In this document: piece by piece, positions 61,268 to 64,000 of the stretch | How positions within the stretch are numbered: position 1 is the first letter of the stretch | Layout of the letters: each line of letters opens with the position of its first letter | Assembly: GCA_964528285.1 (NCBI GenBank) | Contig: CAZGRZ010000003.1 | Coordinates: 813-64,812, forward strand | Length of the DNA stretch: 64,000 nt | Origin: an uncultured Bacteroides sp. | GTDB lineage: Bacteria > Bacillota > Clostridia > Oscillospirales > Acutalibacteraceae | Reading direction: 5' to 3' | Translations under genes and position numbers: made by a program | Notes under the pieces: model-generated | What the model saw: the letters and a program-made list of their open reading frames with translations, nothing else | Told to the model about the DNA's origin: nothing | Databases searched by the model: none

Positions 61268-62332
61268 TTAAAGAATAGTACCGCCGCCGAGGACTGTATC
61301 TTCATCATACAAAACAACCGCCTGACCTTTTGTAACAGCTCTCTGGGGCTCGTCAAATATGACTTCAACTGCACCATCATCAAGAATATATGCAGTGGCA
61401 GGCTGTTCCTTCATATTATATCTTATTCTTGCACGGCATTTTATCTCTTTTTGCAAATCAGGAATAATCCAATTGAAATCGACAGCAGTCAGTTTTTTTG
61501 AAAAAAGCTCTTCACCGGTACAGAGTGTGACTGTATTATCTTCAACATTCTTCCCTGCAACATACATAGGTTTGCCGAGTGCAATACCAAGACCTTTTCT
61601 TTGTCCGTTGGTATACCTGATAATTCCCTGATGTCTGCCAAGTATATTGCCGTTAATATCAACAAAATTGCCCTGAGGATATGTTTTCCCTGTATAGTCT
61701 TCAATAAATTTTACATAATCGCCGTCCGGAACGAAACAAATATCCTGCGAATCCTTCTTCCCTGCATTTACAAACCCCTGCTTATCTGCAATTTCCCTTA
61801 TATCAGACTTTGAATATTCGCCAAGTGGGAAAAGTATGTGTGCAAGCTGGTTTTGTGTCAAAGAATAAAGGACATAGCTCTGATCCTTTGATACATCTTT
61901 ACCCTTTTTTAGATAAAACCAGCCATCTTTCTCAATCACCTTTGCATAATGACCGGTTACGACATAGTCGAAACCAAGCTCATACATGCGTTGAAAAAGC
62001 TTTTCAAACTTGAGATATCTGTTACAATCAATACAGGGATTAGGAGTTCCGCCGTTTTCATATGTAGAAATAAAATTTTTTATAACCTTTTCTTTAAACG
62101 CGCCCTTGAAATTAAATACATAATAAGGAATTTTAAGACGGCGCGCCACTGCTCTTGCATCCTCAATATCGTCAAGTGAACAGCATGTCTTCTCACGGCT
62201 GATTCCTATGACATCATTATCATAGAGTTTCATTGTTGCGCCAATGCACTCATAACCATTTTCTTTCATTAAAAAAGCGGCAACGCTGGAATCAACGCCA
62301 CCGCTCATTGCGATAATCACTTTTTTATTCAT
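61268..62332 (-). CDS. mnmA: tRNA 2-thiouridylase
   Basis: AMSGGVDSS, TPNPCIDCN, TGHYA, KDQSYVL, DSQDICF, TNGQRKGLG. Confidence 0.96.
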   Translation of the reverse strand: MNKKVIIAMSGGVDSSVAAFLMKENGYECIGATMKLYDNDVIGISREKTCCSLDDIEDARAVARRLKIPYYVFNFKGAFKEKVIKNFISTYENGGTPNPCIDCNRYLKFEKLFQRMYELGFDYVVTGHYAKVIEKDGWFYLKKGKDVSKDQSYVLYSLTQNQLAHILFPLGEYSKSDIREIADKQGFVNAGKKDSQDICFVPDGDYVKFIEDYTGKTYPQGNFVDINGNILGRHQGIIRYTNGQRKGLGIALGKPMYVAGKNVEDNTVTLCTGEELFSKKLTAVDFNWIIPDLQKEIKCRARIRYNMKEQPATAYILDDGAVEVIFDEPQRAVTKGQAVVLYDEDTVLGGGTIL

Positions 62333-63244
62333 TTAACCAAGCCTTATCATTTCATCAATACACTTTTTTGCATTTATATATACATCTTCAGGGAGTGTTA
62401 TCTCTTCACCGAAAGTACCCTTGCAGCAATTGAGAACATCAACAAGAGTTGTTGCTTTCATATTATGACAAATACAGTCCTTTGAAAGCGGATAAAACAT
62501 CTTATCGGGGCAGCTCATCTGCAAATGAGTTACAATGCTGTTCTCTGTGCCGATGATAAATTCCTTTGCTTTACTGTTTTTGGCAAAATTCATTATACCT
62601 GTTGTTGAGCCGACATAATCAGCAAAAGCAACAACATCGGGTGTGCACTCAGGATGCACTAAAAACAATGCGTCAGGATGGAGCTTTTTTGCTTTAATAA
62701 CATCATTTTCACTCATTTTTGCATGAGTAGGACAGCCACCGCTAAGGAGCTTAAAATTCTTCTCAGGAAGCTGTTTTGAAACCCAGTCTCCGAGATTGCA
62801 GTCAGGAATAAAAAGGATATTATCATTATCAATTTTCCTGCATATTTCTACTGCTGATGATGAGGTAACGCAGACGTCACAAATGGTTTTGAGTTCGCTT
62901 GTTGTATTTATGTAAGCAACAACAGTATAATCGGGGTATTTTTCCTTAACAAGTGAAATGGCATCTTTATCCATCATTTCCGCCATAGGGCATCCGGCAG
63001 ATGGATTTGAAAGAATAACTTTTTTTTCAGGAGAAAGTATTTTTACTGTCTCTGCCATAAATCGTACGCCGCACATAATAACATTCTTATTCTTAACCTG
63101 AGATGCCTTAACGGACAATGCAAAGGAATCCCCGGTAAAGTCAGCAACTTCAAGAATTTCAGGCGACTGATAACAGTGAGCTAAAATACAAATGTCATTT
63201 TCTTTTTTAAGCTTAACAATTTCCTGTTGAATATCTTTAATCAT
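62333..63244 (-). CDS. nadA: Quinolinate synthase
   Basis: LAHCYQ, CGVRFMAE, GCPMA, YINT, GGCPTH, HPEC, C.NMK; start ATG overlaps iscU stop. Confidence 0.93.
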   Translation of the reverse strand: MIKDIQQEIVKLKKENDICILAHCYQSPEILEVADFTGDSFALSVKASQVKNKNVIMCGVRFMAETVKILSPEKKVILSNPSAGCPMAEMMDKDAISLVKEKYPDYTVVAYINTTSELKTICDVCVTSSSAVEICRKIDNDNILFIPDCNLGDWVSKQLPEKNFKLLSGGCPTHAKMSENDVIKAKKLHPDALFLVHPECTPDVVAFADYVGSTTGIMNFAKNSKAKEFIIGTENSIVTHLQMSCPDKMFYPLSKDCICHNMKATTLVDVLNCCKGTFGEEITLPEDVYINAKKCIDEMIRLG

Positions 63245-63678
63245 TAGTTTTCTCCGCAATGGACACAGTCTCCCCCACAAAACTGTGATGCGTCATATTC
63301 TATGCCTTTTTTATCATAATAATCCTTAACGGCCGCTTTTACTGCCTCCTCTGCAAGGACAGAACAGTGTATCTTTATCGGCGGCAAACCGTCAAGAGCT
63401 TCAACAACTGCTTTGTTGGTAAGTTCAAGCGCCTGATCAATTGGCTGACCTTTAATCATCTCGGTTGCCATTGAGCTTGAGGCAATAGCAGATGCACAAC
63501 CGAAGGTGTTAAACTTAACATCCTCAATAATTCCGTCATCTGATACCTTAATATACATCTTCATAATATCGCCGCATTTGGCATTACCGACTTCACCAAT
63601 TCCGTCAGCATCTTCAATTTTACCAACATTTCTCGGATTTGTAAAGTGGTCCATAACTTTTTCTGAATAAAGAGCCAT
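63244..63678 (-). CDS. iscU: Fe-S scaffold NifU/IscU
   Basis: YSEKVMDHF.NPRN, CGD, FGC, KIHCS. Confidence 0.95.
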   Translation of the reverse strand: MALYSEKVMDHFTNPRNVGKIEDADGIGEVGNAKCGDIMKMYIKVSDDGIIEDVKFNTFGCASAIASSSMATEMIKGQPIDQALELTNKAVVEALDGLPPIKIHCSVLAEEAVKAAVKDYYDKKGIEYDASQFCGGDCVHCGEN

Positions 63679-63706
63679 AATATTTTCCTTTCTATAAAAA
63701 ATTTTA

Positions 63707-64000
63707 TTATTTGTTTTCTTTTTTCATAATTTTTTCCCACACCGGAGAAATTGAACGAAGATATGAAACAACTTCCGGAACAGAATTAACTATGTGCTCC
63801 ATATCTTCCATAGTGTTATATTCGCTTATTGAAAGCCTGAGAGAGCCGTGTGCTATTTCAACGGGAACTCCTATTGACAAAAGAACGTGTGACGGATCAA
63901 GACTGCCGCTTGTGCAGGCGGAACCGCTTGAAGCGCATATACCCTTTGCGTCAAGCAAGAGAAGAAGGCTCTCACCCTCAATTCCTTCAAAACACATATT
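63707..64000 (-). CDS. iscS: Cysteine desulfurase, 3' part (5' end outside window)
   Basis: [15 protein letters not shown] group I motif. Confidence 0.93.
   Translation of the reverse strand, partial: NMCFEGIEGESLLLLLDAKGICASSGSACTSGSLDPSHVLLSIGVPVEIAHGSLRLSISEYNTMEDMEHIVNSVPEVVSYLRSISPVWEKIMKKENK

Overview
AT-rich chromosomal window from a Clostridia-type Firmicute. The rplI-dnaB-tilS-ftsH order and gene content suggest an Oscillospiraceae/Acutalibacteraceae-like gut organism (inference). About 55 mostly housekeeping genes lie mainly on the minus strand: hslO, lysA, tig-clpP-clpX-lon-engB, thrC, rplS-rbgA-rnhB, a radical-SAM pair, PBP1A, secG, a type II topoisomerase pair, rnj-rplI-dnaB-tilS-ftsH, rnhA, transporters, hppA and iscS-iscU-nadA-mnmA. 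I saw no rRNA, tRNA, CRISPR array, transposase or prophage. The main unexplained signal is a dispersed non-coding element of about 160-205 bp in three diverged copies (11614-11776, 21673-21877, 34460-34616). Each copy ends 8-9 nt before the start codon of an unrelated gene (thrC, secG, a GDSL hydrolase) and is preceded by an apparently orphaned Shine-Dalgarno/ATG. The copies share a hairpin with structure-compatible substitutions and a possible pseudoknot. Other points are an orphan multibranch RNA at about 37275-37418, a PTS EIICB-like protein lacking its phospho-cysteine, and an NrdR-like box over the topoisomerase promoter.
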